From Paraspadella gotoi (taxonomy: Eukaryota; Animalia; Chaetognatha), in the NCBI GenBank assembly GCA_051294375.1, contig CM119269.1:17594265-17658264 (forward strand): a stretch of 64,000 bases of DNA, read 5' to 3'. The notes under the pieces were generated by a model. The model ran no database searches and had not been told where the DNA came from. It was given only the letters and a program-made list of their open reading frames with translations. The position numbers were made by a program, and so were the translations under genes. Of the stretch, positions 14,256-30,167 are shown in pieces (position 1 is the first letter of the stretch; each line of letters starts with the position of its first letter).

Positions 14256-16335
14256 CCACCAGGACCACAATTCCTCTTCTCGCCTTGGGGTTCGAGTTTT
14301 CTTGTTTTTCGGACGACGAATTCGTTTTATTTTTTTGGTGTCGAATTCGTTAAAAAGAAAAGGAAAATAAAATGAGATTGGTTAGAATGAAACGATTTGT
14401 GTTAGGAAGAATTGATAATTGTAAAATAGATAGTATTGGGTAAGATGTGGGGAGTGAGTTGGTTAGTGTAGATGGGGGGGGGGAGGAGGGGGTAGGTGGG
14501 AGGTGAGGAAAAAACAGGATCCAAGGATGGAAACGATCAATGATAAAACTCTGGATCCTCGTTTTTCTTTTTCGAAATTTAAGAGAGAAACGAAAAACGA
14601 AAAAAAAAAACCCGAAAAAACAAAAGAACAAAAAGAATTAATAGAAAGGCGATAAAACTGGAGGACGAACGACAAACCGGCAGCGAGAGTTTTTTTTAAT
14701 TCTTTATTTCTTTCTCTATATCTTTCTCTTTGTTTCCTCGTTCATCTTTATTTTTGTTCCAGTTTTCTTCTTTTATTTTGTGTATTTCTTTACCTTTTTC
14801 TTTCCTTATAATCTTTGTTTCAGTCTCTTTTTTCGTTCCTTGCCTTCTTTCTTTCTCTCTTCTCTGTGTCCTTTCTTTCTTTTTCTCCTTTTTTTCTTTC
14901 TATATTTTGAGAGGTATTAAATCGTGAATCTCGTTTTGATCTTTCGTCTTAGTTGAAGGACCAAACAGCGTGACTTTGGTTCGTGGAGAATAAGGGCCAC
15001 TAGTGAGACTTACTATTAAAAATGTTTGTTAAATTTGAATAGAAAAAAAAGTACATTTGCTAAATGCCAAATATGAGTTGATTCGCAGAGATAGAAATTA
15101 TGTTTTAAAAAAACCTGTTTTGGGTGGAAAGAGTGGTTTAACAATAGTTAATTAAGGTTATGTGGGATAAAATAACAAGAAAAATAAAAAACCACTTAGA
15201 ATTAAAGAAAAAAAAAATTTAAACCATGTGATTTGTCTGTCAAAACAAAATTAATGGAGAATAATCATTAATCCTTGACATAATCATAGTCAAAAAGTTA
15301 ATTGCATTTAAACATTGAAGCTATTTATTGCAAAAACAAAAGAACTAAAAGAATTACTGCAGTAAAAGGTTAGGAACGATTTTATGGTAGAATAAATTTG
15401 ATTTATCTACGAGCGGATGTGATAATGAGATACAAGTGATATATGTGTTTCAATAACCGACAAATCATAAATAAGAAGTCATGACGAACTGAAAATACGC
15501 GTGACGACCGTAGGATCGCGGACTAGTGACATTGCCCAATGCCCATTCGCATTAGCAAGACTCCTTAAGGCCAGACAAAGCACAGTGACAACGACAAGGC
15601 CCGTGACAAGTGACAAGCTTTTTTTTTTCGCCAGAGTTTCGACACGATTTGTGATTAGAATGATGGTGATTCCATCCGACGTCCGGGCGGGGAATAATGA
15701 ATGAGGTTCGGAGGTGGTCCAGCCGGCCAATCGACCCGGCGGGCGGTGGTGGAAGGAGTGGCGGGGGTGGTGACCCTTCGTGGCACCCTCTGCTGGCGAC
15801 AGTTTTGGGTGGCCCCCGGCGCCCTCGCCTTAATGGACATTCAGGGTAATTCACGGTCTAATTGACATCCGTAATTAATCTTCGTTTAAAAACATTTTAA
15901 TTCGGCAGAAGAAAAAAAAAATTGTTTCCATGCGATGAAACGATAGAGGAAGACGAAAAATCTCTTCATCTCAAGAGTAAAATTATCTCTTTAAAAAAAA
16001 ATTCAGATTTAAAAACTAAAAAAAGATTGAATCGTTTCTAGATGTTTATTCAGAAGAATACAATAGTAGTATTGATTTTGTAAAAATGAAAAATATTAGG
16101 TTTTTTTCTCGTCAAAAGATATGATACGAACATTTTTCAAAAAAATGTTTTATCCTTTTTCTTTGATATAAAAAATCGATTATTAAGGTTTTTGGTTTTT
16201 TTTCATCTTTGATATTTTTGTTTTTTCGCAGCGAATATGAGAGAGAAAGAGAACGAGATAGAAGAGAGAAAAAAAAAACTTTAATTTTGCGAATGATTAG
16301 GCAGTAAAGGGGAAGGCAAGAGGGCATATGGAGAA

Positions 16336-16396
<61 letters not shown>

Positions 16397-19300
16397 GGCC
16401 TGGCTTTGAAGGAGAAGGAGCAGTTTGTTTAGTTTGAGTCGAAGTTGAAAGTAGAATTTATCATTCTGGGTCAGAGCAGGGGTTGGGAGCCACTCCGGTG
16501 AGGTCCTTAATATTTGCAAAGCCTCGAAAAAATTACCGAGTTACGACGTGATATGGGATATTTGCCGCCGAAAAATAACGCCAAAAAACACGCAAAATAA
16601 CAATTAAAAATATTAAAACAAAAACAAAAAGTTAGACTTTTTAAACAGTTAAAAAAGTTTATTATTATCAGCTCATGAACTCCAATGATTCGCAATAGCT
16701 TTCCCATTGAACATTTGCTTTTCCAAAACGAGGACCATCTCAAAAAACCGGAGTGTGGTCCGAAGTTTCATTAGATTTATCTCCCGAGAAACTCAGTCGC
16801 TTTCAATCTTTTCTGGGATGTTTGAATTTCATTAAAAAAATGTTTTGAATTTTCATTAAAAAAAATTCAAACATCCCAGAAAAGTGAAAGCGACTGAGTT
16901 TCTCAGGGAGATAAATCTAATGAAATACTCGGACCACACTCCGCGTTTTGAGATGTCCTCGTTTTGGGAAAAGGCAAATGTTCAATGGGAAAGCTATTGC
17001 GAAATCATTGGAATTCATGAGCTGGTATAATAATAACTTTTTTAACTTTTTAAAAGTTCTAACTATTTTTGTTTTGTTTTAATATTTTTAAATGTTATTT
17101 TGCGTGTTTATTGCGTTATTTTTTTCGGCGGCATAAAACCCATATCACGTCGTAACTCGGTAATTTTTTCGAGGCTGCAAATATGATAAGGACCTCACCG
17201 GATTGGCTCCAACCCCTTGCCTTCTGACCCAGATGATAAATTCTACTTTGCAACTTCGACTCAAACTAAAAACAAACTGCTCCTTCTCCTTCAAAGCAGG
17301 CCAGAGAGAGAGAAGAGAGGAGAGAGAGAGATAGAGAGAGATGAGAGCCTATCTCCATATCTCTCCTTTCCTTCCCCCTTTACTGCCCTAATCGATTCGC
17401 AAAATTAAAGTTTTTTTTTCTCTCTTCTATTCTCGTTCTCTTTCTCTCTCATATCGCTGCGAAAAAACAAAAAATATCAAAGATGAAAAAAAAAACCAAA
17501 AACCTTAAATAATCGATTTTATTATTCACAAGAAAAAGGATTAAAACATTTTTGAAAAATGTTTCGATCATATCTTTTGAAGGAGAAAAACACCAATATT
17601 TTTCATTTTGACAAAAATCAAATAAACTACTATTGATATTCTCTGAATAAACATCTAGAAACGATTCAATCTTTTTTAGTTTTTAAATCTAGAATTTTAT
17701 TTTAAGAGATAATTTTACTCTTGAATCAAGAGATTTTCGTCTTCCTTCATCGTTCATCGCCATGGAAACAATTTTTTTTTTTTCTCGCTGCCGAATTAAA
17801 ATGTTTGAAACGAAGATAATTACCGATGTCAATTAGGACTGAATTACCACTGAATGTCCATTAAGCGAGGCGCCGGGCCACCCAAAAATTACTGTCGCCA
17901 GCAGAGGGCTGTCACGAAGAGTCACCACCCCCGCCGCATCCTTCCACCACCGGCCCCGCCGGGTCGTCATTGCCCGTGTGACACCTTCCGAACGCTCATT
18001 CATTATTCCCCGCCACCGGACGTCGGATGGAATCACCATCAGTCTAATCACAAAATCGTTGGTCGAAACTCTGGGCGAAAAAAAAAAAAGCTTGTCACTT
18101 GCACGGGCCTGTCATTGTCACTGTGCATGTCTGGCTAAGGAGTCTTGCTAATGCGAATGGCATTGGGCAATTCACTAGTTCGACTATCCGTCTACGGCGC
18201 CAGGTTATTTCATCGGTCATTGACTCTATTTAATGATTGCTCGGTTTATTGGAATAACACCATCATCACTTGTATTACTCATTATCACATCCGCTCGTAG
18301 ATAAATCAAATTTTATCTACCATTAAAATCGTTCCCTAACCTTTTACTCGCGATAATTCTTTCTAGTTTCTTTTTTTTTGCAATAAATACACTTTCATAT
18401 GTTTAAAAGCAATTAACTTTTATTGACTATGAATTAGTTCAATGATTAATGATTATTTCTCAATTAATTTTGTTTGACAGACAATATCACAGGGCTTAAA
18501 TTTTTTTTTTCTTTTAATTCATAAGTGGTTTTTGATTTCGTTGTTATTTATTCCACATAAACCTGTAGATTACTATTGTTAAACCACTTTTCCACCCCAA
18601 ACAGGTTTTTTAAAAACATAATTTCTATCTCTGCGAATCAACTCATATGTTGGCATTTAGCAAATGTACTTTTTTTTCTATTCAAAATTTACAAAACATT
18701 TTTAAAGCTAAGTCTCACTAGTGCCCTATTCTCCACGGAACCAAAGTCACGCATGTTGTCTCAACTAAGACCAAGATCAAAACAGAGATTCACGATTAAT
18801 ACCTCTTCAAAAATAGAAAGGAAAAAAAGAGGAAGAAAAAAGAAAGAAAGACCACATAGAAAAGAGAAAGAAAGAAGGCAGGAACGAAAAAAAGCAACCT
18901 GCAACAAGATTATAAAGACAAAAAAAGATAAAGAAATTACACAACAATAAAAGAAGAAAACTGGAACAAAATAAAGAAGAACGAGGTCGGAACAAAGAGA
19001 AAGATAATAGAAAGAAAGAATAAAGGAAATTAAAAAAACTCTCGCTGCCCGTTGTCGTTCGTCCGCCAGTTTATCGCCTTTTCTATTAATTCTTTTTTTG
19101 TTCTTTTGTTTTTCGGGGTTTTTTTTTTTTCGTTTTCTTTCTCTCTTACAAATTTCGAAAAGAAAACGAGATCCAGATTTTATCATGTGATCGTTTTGCC
19201 AATCCTTGGATTCCTGTTTTTCTCACCTACCTTACCCCCCTCCCCCCCCCCCTGAACACCCCCAACCGAATACGCCAATCTTCAAATGTCTTTTAACCAA

Positions 19301-20215
19301 ATCTTCTCCTCCATTTATTCGCTTTATCTTTTTTAACGATTCGACACCAAAAAAAAATTAAACGAATTCGTCTCCCGAAAAACAAGAAAACTCGAACCCG
19401 CCAAGGCAGAAAGAGGATTGTGTGGCCTGGTGGTCTCTCGTCTCTCTCTTCTCTCTCCTCTCTCTCTCCTCTGCCTCTCTCTCTCTCTCTCTCTCTCTCT
19501 CTACCCTTTCAGCTCTCTTAATCTTTATCTCTCTTCTCTGTTCCTCTCTCTCCTTTCTCTCACCGCGTCAAACGTTGAGAATGATTAATCGGAATTTCGA
19601 ACTCGGCAGGGAGAAAATAACTCAAATCTACGAATTTCTGTCTCCGAAAATCGTTGAGCTCCAATAAACTGGGAGTCAAAGGGAAATATGAGTTTCAGCA
19701 GGAAGAAGGAAAGAGAGATGAAAGACGAGATAGCGAGAGAGAGAGCGAGAGAGAGAGAAGAGAGAGAAGACGGAGAGAAGAGAGAGACAGTGTATTTTTA
19801 GTTTTTAACCGTTATTTCTTTTATTTTCATAATCATATTTCCCCTCCAAGCTCTAAAGATTGCTCTTTTGATTTTACTTCAATCGTTAGACGTCTTTTTT
19901 CAAGACCAAGTGAAGAAAAAAAATCAAAAATCCGCCGCCCGGCCTCTCTCCGACTACTCTCCGCCAATCAGTCACAGAGTTATCCCCTTGCCCGCCGCAC
20001 AGCCATCCTCGTTTTTTTTTGGATTTTCCAATTGTGACTAGAGGACAAACTCCTTTGTAAGGTTCGCGATTCGGTGAGATCGTCTGTGATACCGTTCTCG
20101 ACCAATCAGAAGCGGGGAGACTATCTCTTCTGGGACTAGAGTGTTGGAGAAGAAGGAGGAGAGAGAAAGAGAGAGAGAAGAGAGAGAGAGAGAGAGGAAA
20201 AGAGAACCGAGGGAA

Positions 20216-20246
<31 letters not shown>

Positions 20247-20525
20247 GAGCCGGAAAGCCAGCTCATTAACTTGCAGATGCTTTCCGAGTTTTTGGTCGTC
20301 CCTTGCATCGGTTCTTCCGCCAATCACGTCTCAATCCCGTCTTAAAGCTCCGACGATCACTCGACAATCTCAACGTCTGAGCCGACACCCCAGAGCGAGG
20401 AGAGGAGGAGTGAAGAGGAGAAGGAGGAGCAGAATCAGTCCAGTTTCAAAAATTCTCAACATCACACACGAAGAAAACGTATCTCGTTCTCTCTCTCTCT
20501 CTCCTCCTCTCTCTCTCTCTCTCTC

Positions 20526-20585
<60 letters not shown>

Positions 20586-20598
20586 CTCTCTCGCTCCT

Positions 20599-20623
20599 NN
20601 NNNNNNNNNNNNNNNNNNNNNNN
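20599..20623. other. Assembly gap (25 N)
   Basis: N run. Confidence 0.99.
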
Positions 20624-20922
20624 GAGAGAGAGAGAGAGAGAGAGAGAAACGAGATACGTTTTTCTTCGTGTGTGATGTTCGAAATTTTGAAACTCGGACT
20701 GACTTCTGCCCCTCCTCTCTCCTCCTTCACCTCCTCCTCTTCCTCGCTTCTGGGGTGTCGGCTCAGACGTTGAGAATCTCGTCGAGTGACGTCGGAGCTT
20801 TAAAGACGGGATTGAGACGTGATTGGCGGAAAGAACCGATCGCAAGGGCCGACCAAAAACTCGGGACAGATCTCAGCCAAGTTAAATAGCTGGCTTTCCG
20901 GCTCTCTCTCTCTCTCTCTCTC

Positions 20923-21002
<80 letters not shown>

Positions 21003-21369
21003 ACTCACTCTCTCTCCCCAAACCAGAGATAAGTCTCCCCGCGTTCTGATTGGTCGAGACGCTATCCCAGATCGATCCTCCACCGATCGCGAACCTTACC
21101 AAGAGTTTCGTCCTCTAACGTCACATTGCGAAAATCCCAAAAAACAAACGAGGATTGGCTGGCGGCGAGGCAAGGGCGATAACTCTGTCGACTGATTGGC
21201 GGAGAGTAGTGAGAGAGAGGCCGGGCGGCGGATTTTTGATTTTTTTCTTCACTGGTGGTCTTGAAAAAAGAAGTCTAACGATTGAAGTAAAAATAAAAGA
21301 GCATCTTTAGAGCTTGGAGGAGGAAATATGATTATGATAAAAGAAAATAACGGTTAAAAACTAAAATCA

Positions 21370-21411
<42 letters not shown>

Positions 21412-21611
21412 TTCTTCCATGCTGAAACTCATATTTCCCTTTGAACTCCCAGTTTTGGAGTCCAACGATTTTCGGGACAGAAATTCGTAGATTTTTTTTT
21501 CTCCCGGTTCGAATTGCCGATTAATCTTCTCCAACTTTGACGCGGTGAGAGAAAGAGAGAGAGAGGACACAAGAGACAAGAGAGAGTAAAAAGATTAAGA
21601 GAGCTGAAAGG

Positions 21612-21681
<70 letters not shown>

Positions 21682-23742
21682 AGAGAGAAGAGACCACCAG
21701 GACACACAATTCCTCTTCTCGCCTTGGGGGTTCGAGTTTTCTTGTTTTTCGGACGACGAATTCGTTTTATTTTTTTGGTGTCGAATTCGTTAAAAAAAGA
21801 TAAAGGAAAATAAAATGGAGGAAGAAGATTTGGTTAAAAAGACATTTTGAAGATTGGCGTATTGGTTGGGGTGTTTCGGGGGGGGGAGGGGGTAGGTAAG
21901 GTGAGGAAAAACAGGATCCAAGGATGGAAAACGATCAATGATAAAACTCTGGATCCTCGTTTTTCTTTTCGAAATTTAAGAGAGAAACGAAAAACGAAAA
22001 AAAAAACCGAAAAAACAAAAGAACAAAAAAGAATTAATAGAAAGGCGATAAAACTGGAGGACGAACGACAAACCGGGCAGCGAGAGTTTTTTTTAATTTC
22101 TTTATTTCTTTCTCTATATCTTTCTCTTTGTTTCCTCGTTCTATCTTTATTTTTGTTCCAGTTTTCTTCTTTTATTTTGTGTATTTCTTTACCTTTTTTC
22201 TTTCCTTATAATCTTTGTTTCAGTCTCTTTTTTTCGTTCCTTGCCTTCTTTCTTTCTCTTTCTCTCTGTGTCCTTTCTTTCTTTTCTCCTTTTTTTCTTT
22301 CTATTTTTGAGAGGTATTAAATCGTGAATCTCTGTTTGATCTTCGTCTTAGTTGAAGGACCAACAGCGTGACTTTGGTTCCGTGGAGAATAAGGGCCACT
22401 AGTGAGACTTACTATTAAAAATGTTTTGTTAAATTTGAATAGAAAAAAAAAGTACATTTGCTAAATGCCAAATATGAGTTGATTCGCAGAGATAGAAATT
22501 ATGTTTTAAAAAACCTGTTTTGGGGAGGAAAGAGTGGTTTAACAATAGTAATTAAGGTTATGTGGGATAAAATAACAACGAAAAATAAAAACCACTTAGA
22601 ATTAAAAGAAAAAAAAAATTTAAACCATGTGATTTGTCTGTCAAAACAAAATTAATGGAGAATAATCATTAATCCTTGACATAATCATAGTCAAAAAGTT
22701 AATTGCATTTTAAACATCTGAAGCTATTTATTGCAAAAACAAAAGAACTATGAGAATTACTGCAGTAAAAGGTTAGGAACGATTTTATGGTAGAATAAAT
22801 TTGATTTATCTACGAGCGGATGTGATAATGAGATACAAGTGATATGTGTTTTCAATAACCGACAAATCATAAATAAGAAGTCATGACGACGGAAAATACG
22901 TGTTACGACCGACAGGATCGCGACTAGTGACATTGCCCAATGCCCATTCGCATTAGCAAGACTCCTTAGGCCAGACAAGCACAGTGACAACTGACAAGGC
23001 CCGTGACAAGTGACAAGCTTTTTTTTTTTCGCCCAGAGTTTCGACACGATTTGTGATTAGAATGATGGTGATTCCATCCGACGTCCGGGCGGGGAATAAT
23101 GAATGAGTGTTCGGAGGTGGTCCAGCCGGCCAATCGACCCGGCGGGCGGTGGTGGAAGGAGTGGCGGGGGTGGTGACCCTTCGTGACACCCTCGGCTGGC
23201 GACAGTTTTTGGGTGGCCCCCGGCGCCCTCGCCTTAATGGACATTCAGGGTAATTCACGGCCTAATTGACATCGGTAATTAATCTTCGTTTCAAAACATT
23301 TTAATTCGGCAGAAGAAAAAAAAATTGTTTCCATGCGATGAAACGATGAGGAAGACGAAAAATCTCTTCATCTCAAGAGTAAAATTATCTCTTTAAAAAT
23401 AAAATTCAGATTTAAAAACTAAAAAAAGATTGAATCGTTTCTAGATGTTTATTCAGAAGAATACAATAGTAGTTATTGATTTTGTAAAAATGAAAAATAT
23501 TAGGTTTTTTTCTCGTCAAAAGATATGATACGAACATTTTTCAAAAAATGTTTTATCCTTTTTCTTTGATATAAAAAATCGATTATTAAGGTTTTTGGTT
23601 TTTTTTTCATCTTTGATATTTTTTGTTTTTTCGCAGCGATATGAGAGAGAAAGAGAACGAGATAGAAAGAGAGAAAAAAAAAACTTTAATTTTGCGAATG
23701 ATTAGGCAGTAAAAGGGGGAAGGCAAGGAGAGATATGGAGAA

Positions 23743-23796
<54 letters not shown>

Positions 23797-26180
23797 CCTG
23801 GCTTTGAAGGAGAAGGAGCAGTTTGTTTAGTTTGAGTCGAAGTTGAAAGTAGAATTTATCATTCTGGGTCAGAGCAGGGGTTGGGAGCCACTCCGGTGAG
23901 GTCCTTAATATTGCAAAGCCTCGAAAAAATTACCGAGTTACGACGTGATATGGGTATTTGCCGCCGAAAAATAACGCAAAAAACACGCAAAATAACAATT
24001 TAAAAATATTAAAACAAAAACAAAATAGTTAGACTTTTAAAACAGTTAAAAAAGTTATTATTATCAGCTCATGAACTCCAATGATTCGCAATAGCTTTCC
24101 CATTGAACATTTGCTTTTCCCAAAACGAGGACCATCTCAAAAACCGGAGTGTGGTCCGAGTTTCATTAGATTTATCTCCCGAGAAACTCAGTCGCTTTCA
24201 ATCTTTTCTGGGGATGTTTGAATTTTCATTAAAAAAATGTTTTGAATTTTCATTAAAAAAAAATTATATAGACACACATTTAATTTCTTTTCTGCAAAAA
24301 AAAAAAGGAAGAAAAAGACAAAAAAGTTCGCTTATACCTTCTCCCCAACGAATTTTGTCCCGAGTCTAAAACATACTTTGATTTAACAATATTTCGCCTT
24401 CGGCAAGAATAAAAGATATTTCTTAGTTACCCAACGTTACAAATTCAATCCGTCCTAACTTTGAGTAAAGTTTGAATAAACAATTTAAAAAAGGAGGAAA
24501 GCGATTTCATCGTCATTGATCTGTACGGATGAGTGTAAAAGCAAAGCGACGTTTTAGTAAACATAGTTGTTGGCACGTAGCTCACATCGATTGGATAGAT
24601 TGAGAAATAGATAAAAAGATAGATATATCCGTATTCCGTAGCCGATGGAGATGAAGCCGAGCTCAGTCGAAAGCGGTTTTGAACAATTTAATACCAATAA
24701 GGTGGTACGTCCTATTTGACGAGGTGGTCGATTGGAAGTGGGAGTGGGCGGAGACAATTATCCCAACGAATCGTAGTGGGGGGTTGGAGTGTGGGCGTCA
24801 ATGAAATTAAAGGACCACTTTTTGGGTGGTGATTGGCGAGGGAGGTGGGGGTGAGGGTGCGTGAGGCTGTTGAGAGAGAGAGAGGGAGAGAGAGGGAGGG
24901 AGAGAGAGGGAGAGAGAGAGTAAGCGTGGAATGATGGATGCGACGAGCGACTTAACCTTCGATTCTGGCGAAAAGGCGAAAATGACGTGAAGTAAAAATT
25001 ATTGTGACCATTTTGACGAATGATTATAATTTTTACAACATTTCAGTCCGGATTCGTTTTTTTTTTTTTCAGATCGTCATAATTTTTATGTTTTTTTTTT
25101 TTTTTTATTCGAAAACGTGTTTTATTCGTTTTTATTTTTTATCGTTAATCTTTTTTTGTGTGTGGGGGGAAGTCGGTGAAAAATACGAATTCCTGATGGT
25201 TTTTTTTTTAGTTTTAGTTTTAGTTTCTTTTGTTTTCTGTTTTTTCCTTCCGAGATATATTAATGAAACAACGAATACAAAAAGAATTTCCGTAAAATAC
25301 GGATTGACAGATTTGCAATTTTGATAATCAATGACAATGTCGCCTCAACTATCACCTTTTAACTTTAAGCATTAAATTTATTATCACGTGCACGCTCATT
25401 CAGATTATCACGTGACAATCACAAATATGAAACACATGCACCTTTCTGCCAGCATTATATTCAGTTCATCTCATAGAGCATGAGCCTTCTACCAAATGGT
25501 AACTAAAATGTTTAAGTATTATCCGAATTATGAGCTTTTAAAAGGTATATAAGTGGGACAGACGGACAGACTCATCGAATAGTGAATTATCAATTATTCG
25601 CAGCGAAACAATAAAATATTAGGACCTGAAAGCTCACTTTGACGTACTTGATTTGATCATGATGAGGAAACTAATTAATAGTTATTTTGACTGATTATCA
25701 TTATTACTTGATTCATAGTTACTATCGTCGGCCAAAGAAGTATAAATTTTCAGATTCTGCGATCGATACAAATACTATATATTCAGTACTGGAGTAAGGC
25801 CGCTCGATCCTTGGGGTTTTGTAGTTCATTTGTGAATTTTACACCTTTATATATGTATATTGGTATCTGCTTAAACGTAATCAAAATATTTTTCATGTAA
25901 GCTTACCGCGCCTACTTTCTCACCTAACAGACCGTTGGCCCTCAGTCAGGACCGCTCACCCCTTGTTGTTAATAAATAATTTAAATTTATACTTTGACGT
26001 ATCGAATAATACGAAGATAGTCTTTGACATTCTGAGTAAAATGAGGACCTTCAACGCACAATACCGACGGCGCCCACGCTGACGACGCCGCCGACATTTC
26101 GGACGTTTGCTTTCGTCAAACAACGTCCACCGCGCGGGAGAGACTTCTGCTCTACGATGTTAATTGATATTTAACCAGAG

Positions 26181-26325
<145 letters not shown>

Positions 26326-26448
26326 TTCTCTGTGGGGGGTTTCTTTAGTTTGGGCAAGAATCAATATCGAGCGGAACAAGAAAAAAGGGGGGAAAGAAAA
26401 AGATTTACTTTTTTTTCCTAACGTTTAATTTTTTTCGATCCTCGTAAA

Positions 26449-26479
<31 letters not shown>

Positions 26480-28870
26480 AAAGAGTTTTAATGTTTAAAA
26501 GAGAAAATTTTTCATCGCGACTTTGGCTGAAAGAAAGGAAATTCTCTTTTAAAGGGAGTAGTAAAAAAGAAAATAAATAAAATTAAACATCGTAAGGATT
26601 CACCGACGTGACGCGCCTCGTTTTAGCTTGGGATAGCGAGATAAACCGTGTCCAACTTTATCACACCCCGATTTTTTCAAACGATTACGAACATTAATCG
26701 TATCAAACCGTGTCGTTCCTTGTCAAATGAGTCTTAATAAGAAGTATCAGAACTTGTCAAGATTTTCCAATGGGGCTTAGAAATCGGGAAATTTGAATAA
26801 AATCCTTGTTTCAACCGATATTTTTACGGAGAAAATTTGTCTTATTCAAGTTTTATACTATTTTTTTAGGCTATGCCATTTATTAAAATCTTTAAATTAT
26901 CTTTTTTTCTCTTTCTTTTTTAGTTATGTTTTTTTTTAATACACGTTACTCTTGCCTAAAAGTAAATATTTCTACACCCTCCCCCCCAAAAAAATAATTC
27001 TCCAACTTCTTGACTGAAACGACGTAACGTTTGTGACAATTTGACAGCGATTTTTAATTGCGAGGCCTGAAAATATGTCAGGCAAGAGGCATTCCAATAT
27101 TTTTCATACCAAGAATATTTTAATACATTTCAATATAAAATATACTGACCAACGTACCGACAAGTAAACTTTAATGAATGGGCCGCTTATCCAACACCGA
27201 AACTCCGAGAGAAAACGAGTTTGTTGCGGTTTTCATCGGAATCTTCAAAAGATTTGGGGGCTCGAATTCGGTAAACTTAAACTTTAAGTTAAAGTCTCTC
27301 ACAAATCATAGAGAAGAACCGGATCTGCGTCGGGCTCCCACTTCGGGTACTCACTTTGGGCACCCACTTCGAGCCCAAAGCTCCACGTTATTAAGCTTGA
27401 AGAACACCAAAGTTAAAGGAAATGATTTATAATCAAATTGTTTCCATCAGTTTTATGATATCTGAGTTGCTCAGGCGTAATCGCTCAAGTGTATGGGAAA
27501 TTATAAAATTTTATTGATTCTACGCGTTTTTCTCTCAGACAGAAAATTATTAAGCTCTTCGAGACAGGCCGCCTCAATATTATCATTAACCAGAGATTTG
27601 ATAAAATGAATCTAACTGAATCTAACTGAATCCGCTACGATATTGAAAAAAATATTAAACAATATTTCTAATGTTTGGTCCAAAGCCAACATAAAAATTG
27701 ATTACTAAATTTTTTTTTCAGATAACAGCATGTCAAGTGGAGTTTCTTTAAATTTAACTTGGTTCAAGTCATTTTTTTCGCCTTATATTAATAATAATAA
27801 ACAGAGAAGTCGACTGGATCAATCGTTTAATAGTCATAGTTTTGTAACATGCCATAATGTTGTAATATAAAACGAAATGAGGCTAGTAAAACATCACAAA
27901 ATAAATGCGTTATGCCATCAAACACAAAGCTAACAAGTATTAAAAAAAAAAACCCAAAAATACCAAACAGCTCATAATCATTGTTTAATGTTTATACTGA
28001 AACATTATCTTTAATTTTTGTAAGGATTAGTAGATTTGGATTTAATTCGAAAATAATAAATATCAGAAAGGACAAAAAATGTCATTATGTCGTCGATATT
28101 AATGACTAAAATCTAATCATTTGTTTAAGATCTCTTCGGACAACCCGGACTTGGCAGCGGCATCTTTCGTATTGCTGAGTTTTAAAAACAAATGTAAAGA
28201 TGTTACGTAACGTAAGTTTTAATTATAAAATTTGTAATGTATAAGTTTTAGTCATTTTTAATTAACTGCGATTAAAAAAAAAAATCAAAAACAAACAACA
28301 AAAAACAGCGAAATTATGATATAAATCCACACTTCTCAAGCAATAGATTCACTGTTTAGTAAGTTATACTCGATGTATGATAACCGATCGAAACCATCCA
28401 CCGCGTTTACATTAAAACAAACCACAGCCGTACTAGAAATATTTAAAAAAGAAAAAAAAGAAAAGGGCAACGGAAAAAGGTCAATCGAAGCGAGTTATAA
28501 CGAGACAGATTATCTTTCGAATTGATTGACGTTCGGTTAACCAAAAAAAAGTGTTAAAACTAATATATATGTATATTTTGAGCCAATGAAGGAAGGCATT
28601 AGGATTAGGAAATACTGACAAGGCGGTGCTCATTAACGCTTTGTACGTAAGGCCGTCTCTCTTAGTCCGCGAGCTTTCCGCGACACTTTCCAACTAAACC
28701 AGTAAACGAGAAAAAATGTCGACAACAACCGCATGAAGGTGGCGTTTAAGTAGCATACGTTACGGTCTGTATAACACCCTGTAATACAGGGGCGCGTTGA
28801 CGGAGAAGGGACAAACAGCGGGAAAGTGAATAAGTTTTTGTCGTCGCCGTCGACGTCTTTATCAACGCTA

Positions 28871-30088
28871 CTAGACGCAGTAGCAAAACTCCTTGAGCGT
28901 AAAATCTCTTCGAATTATGCAGGCCGACGTGTTTCCGTAAGTGTCCAGTCGACCGACGGCGCTCATGTCGGGCCTGTACTCGACCTTGCCGCTGGAAGAG
29001 ACCCTCTTCTCCAGCGTCGCCTCGAAAATGGCGCCGCCGGGTGACGCCTGAGGAAATGAAGTATGACGAAGAGAATCTGGCTTTAATTTTAGTAGAATGA
29101 TGTTAAGCAATACTTGATTTTAAAATATTATGTTAGGATTTGCCAACAACCTATAAGCGGCGTTCGGTAATCTAAAAGAACGAACGGGGCCAAGAGTCCA
29201 TGACTAAAGTCACATTTTGTTTATTAACTTCTTTTCTTCCTAACTTTTCCTTTTTCTTATCCAATCTGTAAGTCGTTAATATTCATTCATTTCTTCCTCT
29301 CCTCCTCTCCCGCCAACTCCCCAACCTGCACGACGACGAGAAAAACCTCGTGAGGTTTTCGCACGACCCTGAAGGACTTCTTGACGGCCGAGACGGAGAA
29401 TCGCGCGCAGAGATCCTGGTGCTTCCTCAGCTTTGAGTTGATGTGGTCCACGAGTACGGCGGCGGCGTCGGCCGCTTCCCGAGATTTGGGATCGAGGCGC
29501 TCGGCGGAGTGGCAGCTGCAAAAGGCGAGAGGAATTCCCGCCGAGACGCAGGTCCGATCGTCGGGGATCGTCTGGAGGAGGGAGTAGCTGCGGGGAAGTT
29601 TGACGGAGGGGGCGGAGGTAGAGGGGAGGATCGATTTCGGGAGAGGAGGGGCGCCGGGGACTCGGGTCAAGGGAGGAATGTCCGTGGGGGCTTGAGTGGT
29701 GGTGGTTGACTCGCCATTGGCGGCCGAATCGTCATTCTTCTCCGCCTCCTCGCGCTCCGCCTCCTCGTCCCGCCACGGCGCCGCGCTCGTCGCCAGGTGC
29801 AACAGGTGCTCTAGCGTCCGATGCAGATCGTAGGCGGTGACGAGGCGACGCCCATTAACGCGGGCGGAGGCGACGGCCTCGGGGAAGCGGCGTCGAAACC
29901 AGGGGGGGAAGACGATGAAGAGGAAGGGGAGACTCGACTCGTGTTTGCCCAACCAGGTCGTCACGAATTTGCTGCGTCGGAGTCCATGGTCGGAGAGGAA
30001 GATGAGGACAGAGTCGTTAAGGTATCCGCCGGACTGGAAGAAGGGAGGTGTTGTCTCGTCATCACTTTGTCTATATATAAGTCTCTCT

Positions 30089-30167
<79 letters not shown>

